Source of the DNA: Bigelowiella natans CCMP2755
Lineage: Eukaryota; Protista; Cercozoa
Length of the DNA: 64,000 nucleotides
Direction: 5' to 3'
NCBI GenBank assembly: GCA_000320545.1
Contig: ADNK01001890.1
Coordinates: 1-64,000 of the forward strand
Below the pieces are notes generated by a model. It ran no database searches, was not told where the DNA came from, and was given only the letters and a program-made list of their open reading frames with translations. The position numbers and the translations under genes were made by a program. Each line of letters begins with the position of its first letter. The first letter of the stretch is position 1. Shown in pieces: positions 28,396-41,082 of the stretch.

Positions 28396-28593
28396 CCTAA
28401 TGGCAGCAAGATGCTTCAGAACAATCTTTATTAGATATACAACCCCCTTCCTCGACAAGAGCCCGCAGATAATAATTTTCAAAATTGTACATTGTCGTTC
28501 AGGAAAGTGGTTCAATGATCACACTATTACACTTGACCTGCTGGGAGGGTGGGGTGAGGCAGCAACGACGAAGTTCGGGCCAAGGAAGGAGAG

Positions 28594-28612
28594 TAGGGTT
28601 AGGGTTAGGGTT
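28594..28612 (+). promoter_or_regulatory. Interstitial telomere-like / telo-box motif in a divergent promoter
   Basis: TAGGGTTAGGGTTAGGGTT centred in the 397-bp spacer between the ATGs at 28395(-) and 28792(+). Confidence 0.45.
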
Positions 28613-28791
28613 TATTATTTGCAGGGAAAACATCATCTGCGACAACATAATTTATAATGTCGCAAGGAGGATTGTATAAATGGATGGAAAATATCAGCTG
28701 CGACACAATCTTTTTGCTGTCGCTAGGATGCATGCAGGCATAGTTCGAAATTATTTGAATCATTTGAAACACAGCAGCTGTAGCCGCCCCA

Positions 28792-29519
28792 ATGGTGGAG
28801 CCATGGCCATCGGCTTCCATAGCCTTTCTGATTCTCCTATCTGTGGGATTTCCCTCCGCGTTTGGAGCAAGGTCATTCCACTCCCCCATTGAAAGTACTA
28901 CAAATGCCGAAACGTCTTCCTCCTCTTCTCTCTTTCTCATCAGATTTCATAGACAGCAGCAACATGCTCAAGCGACAGTTACAGGGAACAGAACACAAGA
29001 TACCACAGAATTTCAGCAGAATGTAGATATGGAGGAGGAGGCAGAAATGGTAGCAGAATAACCATTCATGTTCGTGACCCCAGGAGGTTTTCTAACCATA
29101 TTTACCATCTCATTATTTAGTTACTTCTCACTCGTAAAGGGTACCGACAGCATCACTCTTCTTCTTCTTCTTCGTCCTTCTCCGTGAGGCAGTATGAGAT
29201 GAACGATCAGCTCATGGATGCTGTAGGCCAGGTCCGCTACACAATCAAGGGTGTCATATCTAACAGAAGTAGAGAAAGCAGCAGGTAAATGAAAGATTTT
29301 TGAACTTGCTTCGACGTAGCGGTGACTACACATCAACAATTTATATTATTGATGATTAAAGGAAATAACGAATATGAGAGTGCATCGTATCGATACAACT
29401 TGTCGACGATGAGTGAATGTTCTATTCAGCCACATTTGAATCTCAAAACAACCAGCACTACGCACAAAAAATGCAGACACAATGTCGACTCAAGGCAGAA
29501 TATGAGCACACATTTCCGG

Positions 29520-29567
<48 letters not shown>

Positions 29568-29704
29568 AAGATGTATCTATACATATGCTTACGTAGCTAT
29601 CTTAATGGCGACCCAAGATACAAGATCGTTGTGGAGAATGGCCGGGGAGAGAAGTTTCTTGGGAAAGGCAACTTCGGGAAGGTGAAAAGATTGAACCAAT
29701 GTTT

Positions 29705-29742
<38 letters not shown>

Positions 29743-30390
29743 CGAACGATATTGCAGTGGGTAAGAAAGAAGTGACTACGTCGCCTGTTTTGATGTGATG
29801 AGAATAAGTATGCGTGTTACGCGTTGTGTGTGTGTGTGTGTTTTTACGTATGGCATGTGGTCTATGTATGCTCTTGAGGAAGTAGTTGAAGCATATCACA
29901 GTTGTGGAAGCACAATGATTTAGAAACAAAATAAGTATAGAGTGCGTAATCATTTATCACAAACATAATGTGATCCTATATCTGCAGATATTAATACGTG
30001 TTCTTAAATCAACCCTCCACCTACTTTCTTCTTCTTCCTTCTCCTCCTCCTCCTCCTCCTCCTCCTCCTTCTATCCTTCTGCTTCAATCTATTTTTCTTT
30101 GCAAAAATAGGTATATCTTGCTGAAGCATCTGCAGAAACCATGCATAGTAACTCAATGCTGGACAATAAGGTAGCTCTCAAATGTTATGACGAGGCAGAA
30201 AATAAAGAGGAGTCAGATCTCTCAAGGAGAGAAATATTGGAGTATGCTGCACAAGAGGCCAAGACCGAATTCCAAATGCTGCAGAAAGTCCAAGGTGTGC
30301 ATGATGAGCTACTGCTGGTGATGATGATGGTGGATGTAGTGCGGTAAACAGACTCTACATTTCGGTTAGGTCTAACGTTCCATATATATG

Positions 30391-30427
<37 letters not shown>

Positions 30428-30830
30428 TCATCATGATCATCATTATCGCCACCAACCACTAGGTCCCAACATTCTTAAAGCTTACGAAATATTCCGAGAT
30501 CGTGGACATGGCTCCTGTCTGGTTATGCCTCTGTATGCTGGCACTATGAAGAGACTTTACGACTACAACAAGGACCCTCACCTTATTTTGAGATGCTTTG
30601 AGCAGATATTCACTGCAGTCGATTTTCTCCACTCGAAACAGCCTCCGATTATCCATCGTGATCTCAAGCCTGACAACATCTTTATCGACGGCCAAGGAAA
30701 CTGTCATCTTGCTGATTTTGGCCTTGCAAAAGTGGTGAAATATAACCCTGTAGCGGATTTCCCTGGGTCAGGGAAGCAGTTGGTAGAGGAGGGAACAGGA
30801 AAGAAGCTGGGAGTAGCAGGCACTCTTCGG

Positions 30831-30868
<38 letters not shown>

Positions 30869-31113
30869 GTAAAAATAATAAAAATTATAACTTGCAGCTA
30901 TTGCACTATGAAGTACTAATAATTTATAGTAGCTCTTAGGAGGCAATGAGCATCATGTAGTAGCAACCTGTCGAATCGTAGTAGTTCTTTCAACCTAGTT
31001 ACATCAAACACTGGTGAGGATGGTGATGATGATGATGATGGTGGTTTATATGGCACTGGTGATTATTATCCCATGCAGCAACACAGCTGAAACACATGAT
31101 CCTATAATATATC

Positions 31114-31147
<34 letters not shown>

Positions 31148-31841
31148 AGGTACTTTGACCTGACATACCCCTGGGCCAAGACTCCTTATTGGAACCAAGA
31201 CATGTTCGCTATAGGGTTGATGATTCTACAGCTCAAAGATCTATCATACCTGCACCAGCTTGTCGTATGAGACCTCCAGGTGCGTGTGAGCGAGTACCTT
31301 CGCCTCACAGAGCAGCTTGGGAAGAGGTTTAAGCCGTCCGAAAAGATGTGGGAAATCGAGCTACTTGACAGTCCTGAGGAGATGAGAAAGAAGTCATTCA
31401 AAACTGGCAAATCATGGAGAGGGGGTGTATTTATAGGTATGATATCTCAACTTATGGGAGGCAAGAACCGCTTCCAACGCTGGACAGCACAGGTGGCTCT
31501 ACCCGAGTTTCGGTTTCGAAGTTTTCTCTATAAGAACTGGCCTACAGTCGAAGGCGGAGCAAATTGCATCACTGTAGGGAAAGACCCTCCAGCAGCTCTT
31601 TCCGAAAGCAATTCTGAGGCTGTAAAAGTACAAATCATAGGTCCAAAGAAGAAGACACCAATGGAAGGCCATGAGGAGATAAGCAGTAAGAAGAAAATTG
31701 AAACCACGACGCTGAAGAAGCGTTCTGTCAATTTCCACATCTCTGCGGTAACTAATGGCTGCTTTCACACGCACGATGATGATGTCTTACACGTACACAG
31801 CAGAATACGCCTGTTGTTGTTGTTCTTATTGTCGAACTAGC

Positions 31842-31879
<38 letters not shown>

Positions 31880-32696
31880 CTTTCCCCGCTGGTAGCTCAG
31901 AATTATAATGGTTTGCAATTCAGTGTGAACATTCAATGATGTCGAGAATAGTTGAGAATAGTAAGCTAGTATCACCTATCGGTTTCCACAATAATAGTGT
32001 TGCCAATACCTGAAACAACCAGCTTTTCAATATAACTTTTTCCCCCCCTCCCCGTCCTCTCTCTTCCTCTTTCTCTCTCTTACTCGATTGTGTAGGATCT
32101 TGACGACTATTACCTCGTAGACGAGGAAGGCAAAGTGTCGTTTGATGGCGGTATGCGAGTAAGGATATCAACTGCTAGCTCATCAGAAGAGCTCAAGTAC
32201 TCAGGAAAATTTCTAAAGAAAGCTTTTGAATTTGCGGAGTCATCAGACGGCCTTTTGAAGGTACAACCTAAAATGAGCAAGAAGATTTGAGGCAAATATA
32301 TTGTTGATATCTGTGCCGCCAAAGAATATATCGTGATGTGTAATCGACGATATGCATGACTAGGATAGAGCTTCGTGTGTGTTTTCTTTCGAATTTTGTC
32401 GTTGATATTGATATTTCCTCCACCGCTCATATATAATACAATAATAATGGTGATGGTGCTGCTTACAATGGGAGGGAATTATAGCAAGTTGTTCTTGTTT
32501 TTGCTATATTTTAAAGGTTGAATCGAAAGGAAAGAAGTTGCTAGGTGGCAAAACGGGACTATCTAGGAGCCGTAAGACAGCCCCTGAGGGGTTCCACGAC
32601 TACGAGTTAATGTTTAAGGACAACAATGCAAATATCAACAAGATCAAAGCTTGCTTTGATATGGTGAAAGTAGTTATGCAGAGTGAATATGTATGA
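28792..32696 (+). CDS. Ser/Thr protein kinase with N-terminal signal peptide and C-terminal extension
   Basis: LGKGNFGKV, VALK, alphaC E (KTEFQML), IIHRDLKPDN, LADFGLA, GTLRY, DMFAIGL, subdomain XI MISQLM..RWTAQVAL. Leader IAFLILLSVGFPSAFG. In-frame TGA at 31268. Final exon ..VMQSEYV*. Join between leader and kinase exons not fully resolved. Confidence 0.85.
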
Positions 32697-32917
32697 AGAA
32701 GCAGCAGCGAGGGATATATGCATTACTACACCAATTGTGTTGGACGTCAATTCAAAAACATGCAAGATGTGATCATTATCTGCTTAAGTAGTAATAACAT
32801 ATATTCACTCGAGGTTTGTTTAACGGTCACTCCGTATGTTGGATATATTTATTATTAAAGAATGCTATGATAGCCGTACTAATGAATATTCATCATCTCG
32901 TCGCCTGTCGGTGCATA

Positions 32918-32959
<42 letters not shown>

Positions 32960-33511
32960 CACAGCAGCATACAAATATAATATGATGATGCATGTTAGCA
33001 TTTTTCTCAGCATGCACTACGTACTATTTCGTGAATAACGTCGTAGATTTACACGATAACAAGCTAGTGTACGTTACATATATGCTGGGTGGTGTTTACG
33101 ATTGGGAGAATCGTAACAAGCGCATGTGTGGCAAATTAACATTATGTAGATTGTTCGAGCTTTACGCGCGCAACAAGTACGCAACCTATACTCGAAAAAG
33201 TGATTCAATGGAAATGTTTGAGCAGCAGCAAAGCCTCCCTCAGAATTGAAGTGCTTTTGATCGCAATGAACCGTCGCTTTACATCAGACTGCAATGCGGC
33301 ACTAGCTAGCTCTTTCATGAACTACTAGTTGTGCCTTGTGCGTAGTCGCTAATTGACTCGCACGATGCGTTAAATAGACAAGCACGCAGCGCTGCCGATT
33401 GATTGATCCCAAATTACTTTAGGCTTTTGTTCTGATGACTATTGGCGTGTACTAATGTGCACTTATTATTACATAAGTAATGTAAACGAGCGTTGTTGAA
33501 CTCCAGCACTT

Positions 33512-33546
<35 letters not shown>

Positions 33547-33568
33547 TATGCTTGCAGGCCTACTACGA

Positions 33569-33694
33569 GCTAATCTTGTGGTTTGGTACTACTACTACTA
33601 CTACTACTACTACTGAGTAGGCATCACAAACCGCAATTTAACAACAACTATGATAGAGACGAACTACTTATAAGTTAGAGACTTTGTTAATAGC

Positions 33695-33726
<32 letters not shown>

Positions 33727-33889
33727 AATACTCCATTTCTTATTCTCCTCCTATTTCCCTACTACGTTCTCATCACTAGAAGATGAGGGCAGATTACGTA
33801 TTCTATCCTCTAAGTCTTTCTTCTGAGTCAAGAGCACCTATACAGTAGTAGTAGTAGTAGTAGTAGTAGTACCAAACCACAAGATTAGC
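33569..33889. repeat. Inverted repeat, ~53-bp arms (33569-33621 / 33837-33889); MITE- or hairpin-like
   Basis: GCTAATCTTGTGGTTTGGTAC(TAC)n..TAGG versus CCTA..CA(GTA)n..CCAAACCACAAGATTAGC; unique ends are exactly complementary. Confidence 0.8.
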
Positions 33890-33899
33890 AATAATATAT

Positions 33900-34174
33900 T
33901 ACTGCCCTAGATTATAAAATTTCAATGTGAAAGATAATAAAGCCATAATTGTATGAGTGCTGCAACTACATTTGCCTCCTGTTGTAGTCCTTTTTCCACC
34001 TCTTTGACTTTCTTTTCTCTGCGTCTCAATTCGTCGGTCTAGAGGGGGGTAGGATTTGATCAGGTTGTGACTACGTTCCCTTACGAAATACTTATAATTT
34101 TCAGCTTCAGGCAGATCTAAAGAGATAGAGATACTACTCGGAAGATGGTGAAGGTATGGGTAGTACTTATATGT

Positions 34175-34205
<31 letters not shown>

Positions 34206-34676
34206 AACCTTATCTGCCGAATAACTAGCGAAATCGTTCTTATCCTGCAAATGAATCATAAACAACAGAGCAAGAGCAATTGATAGTAGTCGATATGCAT
34301 TTCAACAGCTCTGCTTTCTCCCCCCCCCCCCCTCCCCTCTTTCTCTCGCTCTCCCATTTTCATCATCATCATCATCATCATCCTCCTCCTCCTCCCATAT
34401 GACTTCTTCTACAAATGTTATAAATGATCGAAGGAGGTAGCTAGCGCAAGGGCAAAGCAACAGGGCTACCAGCTCTTTCTTTTAAATTTGTTATCTTTTG
34501 TCGTAATGATGATAATAAGATAACAGTGGTGAGTGATAGTAGTTGCAGCAACCTTCTCAAGTTTCTCTGCTTTCTCTTGTAGATCAGACTACCGAGGGGG
34601 TGGAATAGCAAAATGTTAAATAGGAAGAGATGCAGAGTGTGAAACGCCGAAACAACGTTAAATATTATATATAAGA

Positions 34677-34719
<43 letters not shown>

Positions 34720-36478
34720 GCCATCAATACCAGCATGCTGTTTCACGACATCGTGTTTGTTGATCTTGCCATTCTTAGGATATACAATTTATGTTGTATG
34801 TAAATGTTGTACCCTCCAAAGGGCCAAGCGTTCTCTTAGAGCATTGAGCTGTCTACGTCTTGTATCGAGGGCCATCTCTAACTCATCCATCGATTGCTTG
34901 TCCTAAAACATCATTTGATAACAATAAATAATAACAATAACAACTATTAATGATGATGATTTCTATCATTATTATCGTTATTATAGAATATTTTCAATAG
35001 CCCTGACGTCTCTTTGCCATCATCGTTATCATCATCATAGTCGTCATCATCGATCTCGAATCTACTACTAGTACTTGTCGTATAGCTTCTAGATCAATTG
35101 CAATGCCATCAGCTATTTGGGCCTTTGTAGCTGGTGATGGAGACCTGGAGACAACAAGGAGGAGGAGGAGGAGGAGGAGGAGGAGGAGGAGGAAAATAGC
35201 ACACGACTACTGAATAACAAAGACTATAGAAAGACATAGGCTGGCATCATCATATCAATGATGATTAAGTCTCAGCACCAGAAAAATGCAACAAATAGTG
35301 AAAAGGTTGCTTAGATAATAACAACGGCAATATATATATATATATATAGGAGCTTAATAATGTCGTTGTTTCCCCCCTCTCTCTTCACTTTCTTTCGTCT
35401 CTCAAGAACAAAGATCTCCTCGTAGGAACACGCACACACACACACAAACACACCACACACACACACACACACATTACCAGATATCGGCTACTGGGGCAGT
35501 ATCACGGTTGCAGCAAGAAATCTAAGGATGATCAAGAGGGAAGAAGGAGAAGATGAAGAAGATATTCATCAGCCATTGAGTGAGAGAAAAAGATAAATAG
35601 TACAAGAGGGGAGGGGGAGAAACTTCCTACTATTATTAATTACTATTATTATTATTATTATAATTATTATTCGCCGGTAACCAACCGATGTGCATAAAGA
35701 CAGTGATCTTCTATCCACAGACGCCGCAAGCTGAGTATTGAGTTGTTTACAGTGTATGTGTGAGTGTGTGAGAGTGTGCTTGGCTGCTGCGTGATAAAGA
35801 GTAGCCACTACTACTACTACTACTACTATACTACTAGTAGTCCTGCTGCTACTCCTTCTTCTAATACAACTATGTGGTCTTCTTCTTCTTCTTCTTCTTC
35901 TTCTACTACTACTACCTGATCGCTTGACATCTGCACCTCTTTGTCCTATGTAGTACGTAGCATGATCATTCATCATCAAACACGCAATCCAATAATTTAT
36001 AAGTAATAAATAGAAGATAAAGAGGAGAGAGAGACTTCGATATGATAAATGCCGAATTGCATCGTCTCTCCTCCCCATCTCCCTTCCTTCCCTGGTTTCC
36101 TTATTTTTCCCTTGTTTAAATTGCTGATATTTATCTGCCCCCTCATTCTCCTCCTCCTCCTCCTCCTCGAGCACAACCGTAAATTGACTTCCAGATGTTC
36201 CGAACCTGACAAGAAATGTCGCATATGTGATAACTACTACTTAAACAACAAGATATTGAGACATAATGCATTGAGATAATATTGCATGCAGTACTCTACC
36301 ATTCGTAGCTGCTATGATGATGCTGCTGCTGCTGCTGCTGATGATGATGATGATATAGTGCTGTGTAGCAACCATATTTTGAACAACAGAAATCCTCCCA
36401 TCATAGTACGTGAATATCAGCATCATCATCACGATCATAATAATGCGTTGCTGCTGCACGATATCGTACAATGGCACA

Positions 36479-36509
<31 letters not shown>

Positions 36510-37106
36510 ACATACCAGCCCGCCGTGGAGTCCAGAAATTCTTCACGTAGATACCTACACGTGATGGTGTAAAAAGAAGAGGAGGAGGGGGAGGAGGAGA
36601 GGGAAGAATGAGGATTCATATTTGTATCAATCCAGACGTAATTTATTGTGTGTGGAGGGGGGGGGTTAAAAATGATATTATTTGTTATTACTCGCAGTCG
36701 CGGTTTCTTGCTGGGTCAACGTGGCTGATGAGAGAGAGGATGTAAAAAATGAACACGTAGTGATGGTGAAGATGACGGTGATGATGACGATGATAATAAT
36801 AATGGCGATGATGACTCAAAAGTAATTATTCATGCCGACTTTCTGCTCGTGTGTTTTTTGCAGCTAGATCATAATGACGACGATGATGATGATAATGATG
36901 ATAATGATGATGGTGGTGGCATTCGATGATGATGATGATAATGATGATAATGATGATGGTGGTGGCATATTTGAATAGAAACTATCATCTTTGAATTGTT
37001 GCTATAATTACTCGCAACCGCCCCTTTGCACTGCCACAACCTACATAATTCATCAAACCATGTTCCACGACTGAGGACTTGGCATTATATTTAGTTGTAT
37101 ATTTCT

Positions 37107-37137
<31 letters not shown>

Positions 37138-37992
37138 TTCTGACAGCAGACCCATGAGTCTTGAGACCGCTCGTCGTTCTTAAGTAGGAACGAAAGCCGT
37201 GCAATCTTGGTACACAAACCGCAAAGTTCACTGCAACAACATATATTGAAGAAACATTTTAGTGCTGCTGCACCGTATATCATTACCAAATTTCTTTTAA
37301 ATGGATTAAACCAAAAAAGTATGTATTTTTTGGGAGTATTTGTCTTGCTATTGATCGTCGTTGTTTTGCGCGGCAGCTCCAAAGTGGCAAACCTAGAGTC
37401 TATTGCATACTGGTCTTTGGTATCGATCTGATGTAATCATTAAAAAACAAATATTTGAGACTGAAATTGCGGTCCTCCTGTTCCGTGACCTTTATCTTCT
37501 ACATGACAGGTATATTGATTGCTAACAGTAATTCTGCCACTTAAAGATGAGGATCTGACCTGAAAGAAGGTCTTGAGCTTTGATCTGAACTTATGCGTGC
37601 ACACGTACGATGGAGTTGCCGCACCCACAAGGTTCTGCTCTTCTATGGATATCATCATACTAGGTGATGCTTCAAGTGGGCGCAACGAGACATTTGACGG
37701 CAGCAATTGATGATTCCAATTCGACGATGGATGATACTCGCCCTTGCTTTCATCAATGGCGCGAGAATGTATATCTAGAGAGGTACCAAGATAAAAATTA
37801 TCGTAAAAAATGATTGGATCATGATTGTGATGCCATTCCTTAAGTATTTCCATACTAACCTGGTGCTGGGTCATTCGTTGATTTTGGTTCCAGAAGCTGC
37901 ACTGCCGTACACACCGAGCTTAAACTGACAACAAGCAAAAGGCTGACGCACTTCGCTGGAAAGAGTTCTAGGGTAGTAGGTCTAGAAATCAT
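33900..37992 (-). CDS. Multi-exon hypothetical protein with signal peptide and coiled coil
   Basis: Exon 1 MISRPTTLELFPAKCVSLLLVVSLSSVCTA..; phase-compatible DIHSRAIDESKGE; small exons SPSPATKAQIADGIAIDLEAIRQ, DKQSMDELEMALDTRRRQLNALRERLALWR, DLPEAENYKYFVRERSHNL. Not fully assembled. Confidence 0.45.
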
Positions 37993-38329
37993 TCTATTCT
38001 TCTTCCTCAAAAGCAGCAGGGGGGCTAGTTGCTCGTAAGAGATCCCCTGCTCCTCCTCTCAACCCCTCTCCGTGCTTGTTTAGTTTTGTATTTTGAAAAC
38101 AAATTTGAATTCGTCAATCGGGTCGCATATTTTTTGTTGTCGCAACCACAAAATCCCCTTGTTGTGACGATCATCCTTACACCACCGGGGAATAGCAACA
38201 AACCAACAAACCACCGGCAGGCCTTTCTGTTGGTTCGTCAAACCCGACACCCCAATCTGCAAACCCAGAGCCTGGGCGAAGAGCCACATTGGAAGGCCAG
38301 CTTCCAGATTGTTTGAGTGTTATCTTGAT

Positions 38330-39900
38330 GATTGGCATGACAATTCAGGAGTGTTGCTCAAACTTCAGCTCCGCGCTGGGACTTGCGAAACTGAAGAGCA
38401 CAGGGCTGAAATTCACAATTGGCCAAAATTCACAATTTGCCCCCCTCTTCCTCGGTGTGTCCTCTTTGCAATGCTGAAGTTGTTCAAAGTGTCAACCACC
38501 TCATCCACATGATAGACATGCTATGTTGTGCATTGCTGTGTCCATCATCCATCATTGCATTCACTTGAATGCAGAGAGATGCAAACTTCTCTCGCACATG
38601 AGATCAGCTCTGGGTTCAGCTTCTTCCCTCCACCCTTCATTCTTTGACGCTCCAGACTCCTCCAAAACCAAGGTTCTGCTGGGGGCCCCCTCAGATGATC
38701 CAAACGTAGATCGTCGTGTGGACATGGCCTTCAGGAAGTTTTTGCTCAGAGTGGAGGTCTTGCGCCGTCTGAATTTTGCCGCTAGTGTCATTGCTTCCCA
38801 ATGACCAAGTCATGCCTTTTTGGCAAACCAGCCAGTTGATTTGCTGGTCACAGTCCTCACTGAAGCCAGTTCGAGGCACTGCATTTTGCACACTGCAAAT
38901 GTCTTGCAACACTTTGGAAATGTGGTTCTTCATCATTGTTTCATTGTTTCATTGTTTCATTGTTTCATTGTTGGTCCCTGCTCGGGATGGATGCCTTGTG
39001 TCGTCGTCACTTGGCTGTCAATTGTGATGCATTCAATGTTCAGTTCGCGCTGATTTGCATGAACACCGCTAGCTTGCTGGTCAGTCCTCACTGAAGCCAG
39101 TTCGAGGCACTGCATTTCGCACATTGCAAGTGTCATGTCACACTTTGGAGATGCAGTTTTTCATCAGCATTGTTTCATTGCTTTCATTGTTTCCACAACA
39201 TGCAAGCTTTCCTTGGTGGTCGCTCACTGATTGAGGAGGCATGGACCAATTGGCACGGATGAGTCAGCGTCCATGATCTTCATACTTTTCAGCTGCATTG
39301 TGGGAATCTCGAGGAATCAATTCATTCATTCATTCATGGCAACGATTGCTGATGCATTGTGTGCATGCAAAACTTCGTGTCAACACTCGTGTGTGTCAAT
39401 TTCATTGTGTGCGCGCGCTGGCACGCTCTGGCGCTGCTCATTGTCCACACACCACCGGATTGCTGATTCCCCTGTGTTCTGTGCCAGTGCATGGTCCGTC
39501 CATGTCACTTGTCTAGATTTTTTGGTCCAGCTAGGTTTTGCCATGCTGGCATGTGTTCACAAACGTGCGCGCAGCAGTGACAACTAGACAACAATGCGAA
39601 GTTCAAGTGCAACTGAAGTCAAAAGATCGCCGATGTTGGATGATTCTCGACACACACACACACCCACACCCACACCCACACACACACATGCAACAATCAC
39701 ACACACGTACGCACGCACGCGCACACATGCGCCCTGTTGCAGTGCCGTCTGCTTCATTTGCATCCTTTCACCAGCCAGCGTAGCAAGCTAGCAAGCATGC
39801 ATGCTAGCATGTCCAGACGTGCGAGCCGCGCTCACACAAGCTGAGGCTCCCGATCTGCGTGACATGCAAAGACTGATGCATGGCAAATTCATGAAGTAGT
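38330..39900. other. TpA-depleted, CTAG-sparing intergenic domain
   Basis: Manual count for 38881-39900: ~10 TA dinucleotides, 6 in CTAG; TG, CA and CG are abundant. Confidence 0.85.
38841..39190 (+). repeat. Diverged ~110-bp direct repeat (38841-38950 and 39074-39190)
   Basis: Shared core CAGTCCTCACTGAAGCCAGTTCGAGGCACTGCATTT with diverged downstream flank. Confidence 0.9.
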
Positions 39901-39936
39901 GGTGTGTGTTTGATCAATCAATGCAATGCGCAAGAT

Positions 39937-40957
39937 TCACAAGTCAATCTTGCTCTTGTCGTAATAGAAATGGGATTCCGGGTTGAATTGACGAATCTCG
40001 GCGCCAAAAGTTTCTTCGAAGTCTTTAGCGGCCTGTGTGTACTTTTCGAGTTCCTTTTCACATCCCAGCAAAAGGGATCCTATCAGTTCCTCGACCTCAG
40101 AGGCAAAGCGGGCCCCAAGCAAGGCCCCCGCTATTGGAGGGGACATGGACCCGGGACCGGCTGCAAAGTGTAGTGCAAGCGCTCGTAGATCAAGATTCTG
40201 TTCATCGCTCCAAGATTTCACCCTCCTAGCGAGTTTAATTAACGTAGGCACTTCTAAAAGGGATTTCACACCTTGTCGGAAGCTTTTTTCAGGATCTACC
40301 CCACTAAGAAGGCCCATGTAGAGAGGTCCACCATTAAGCACTCCAACATTCATGCGAGTTGCCGCTGGAAAGAGCTCAGTCTCTGCATACCGACGGATTA
40401 AATTCCAGTCGTTAACTGTAATAATGATGTCAGCAAGATTCGTTGTATGCTCCATGAATCTTAGCAAAACATCATGCTCTCTTACACCAATTCCTGTTGC
40501 ACGAATGCTTTTGTCAGCACGAAGCTCTTGAAAAGCTACATATCCTCCCGTCTCCGGAGAGAAGAATTCATCAAGATCCTCCTGCGAAGGATCATGTAGC
40601 AAGAGCACATCTATCGTGCCTGATGGAGGATTCAGAAGCTTTAGAGATCGCTTGAATGATGAATGCACACCATCTTTCGAGAAAGGCGAGTGTCCATTGT
40701 TCTGGGGTCCATTGTCCCCACACTTGGTGATAATGGTGGTGCTTGTTGTAGCAGTGAATGATGACTTTCCAGCTAGAGAGTTTACAGCGAGGCCAATGCG
40801 CTCCTCGCTTCGGCCGTTACCATAGTTAGGACTTGTATCAATGAGGTTAATGCCAAGTTCCAAGGCTCGGATGACACAGTCAACAGCTTCACCCTGATAG
40901 ATGAAATATATTTAACTCCCTCGTTGGTAAATCTACATTTTTACACACACACGTTAT

Positions 40958-41015
<58 letters not shown>

Positions 41016-41019
41016 CATA

Positions 41020-41082
<63 letters not shown>

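Noticed and set aside
36880-36968. Small duplications (also 8953-8989, and 16696/16780)
   Set aside because: Ordinary local duplications with no evident function.
38029-38830. Possible decayed transposon or pseudogene
   Set aside because: No transposase or RT motif, terminal repeat or target-site duplication recognisable in any frame; cannot be supported without a search.
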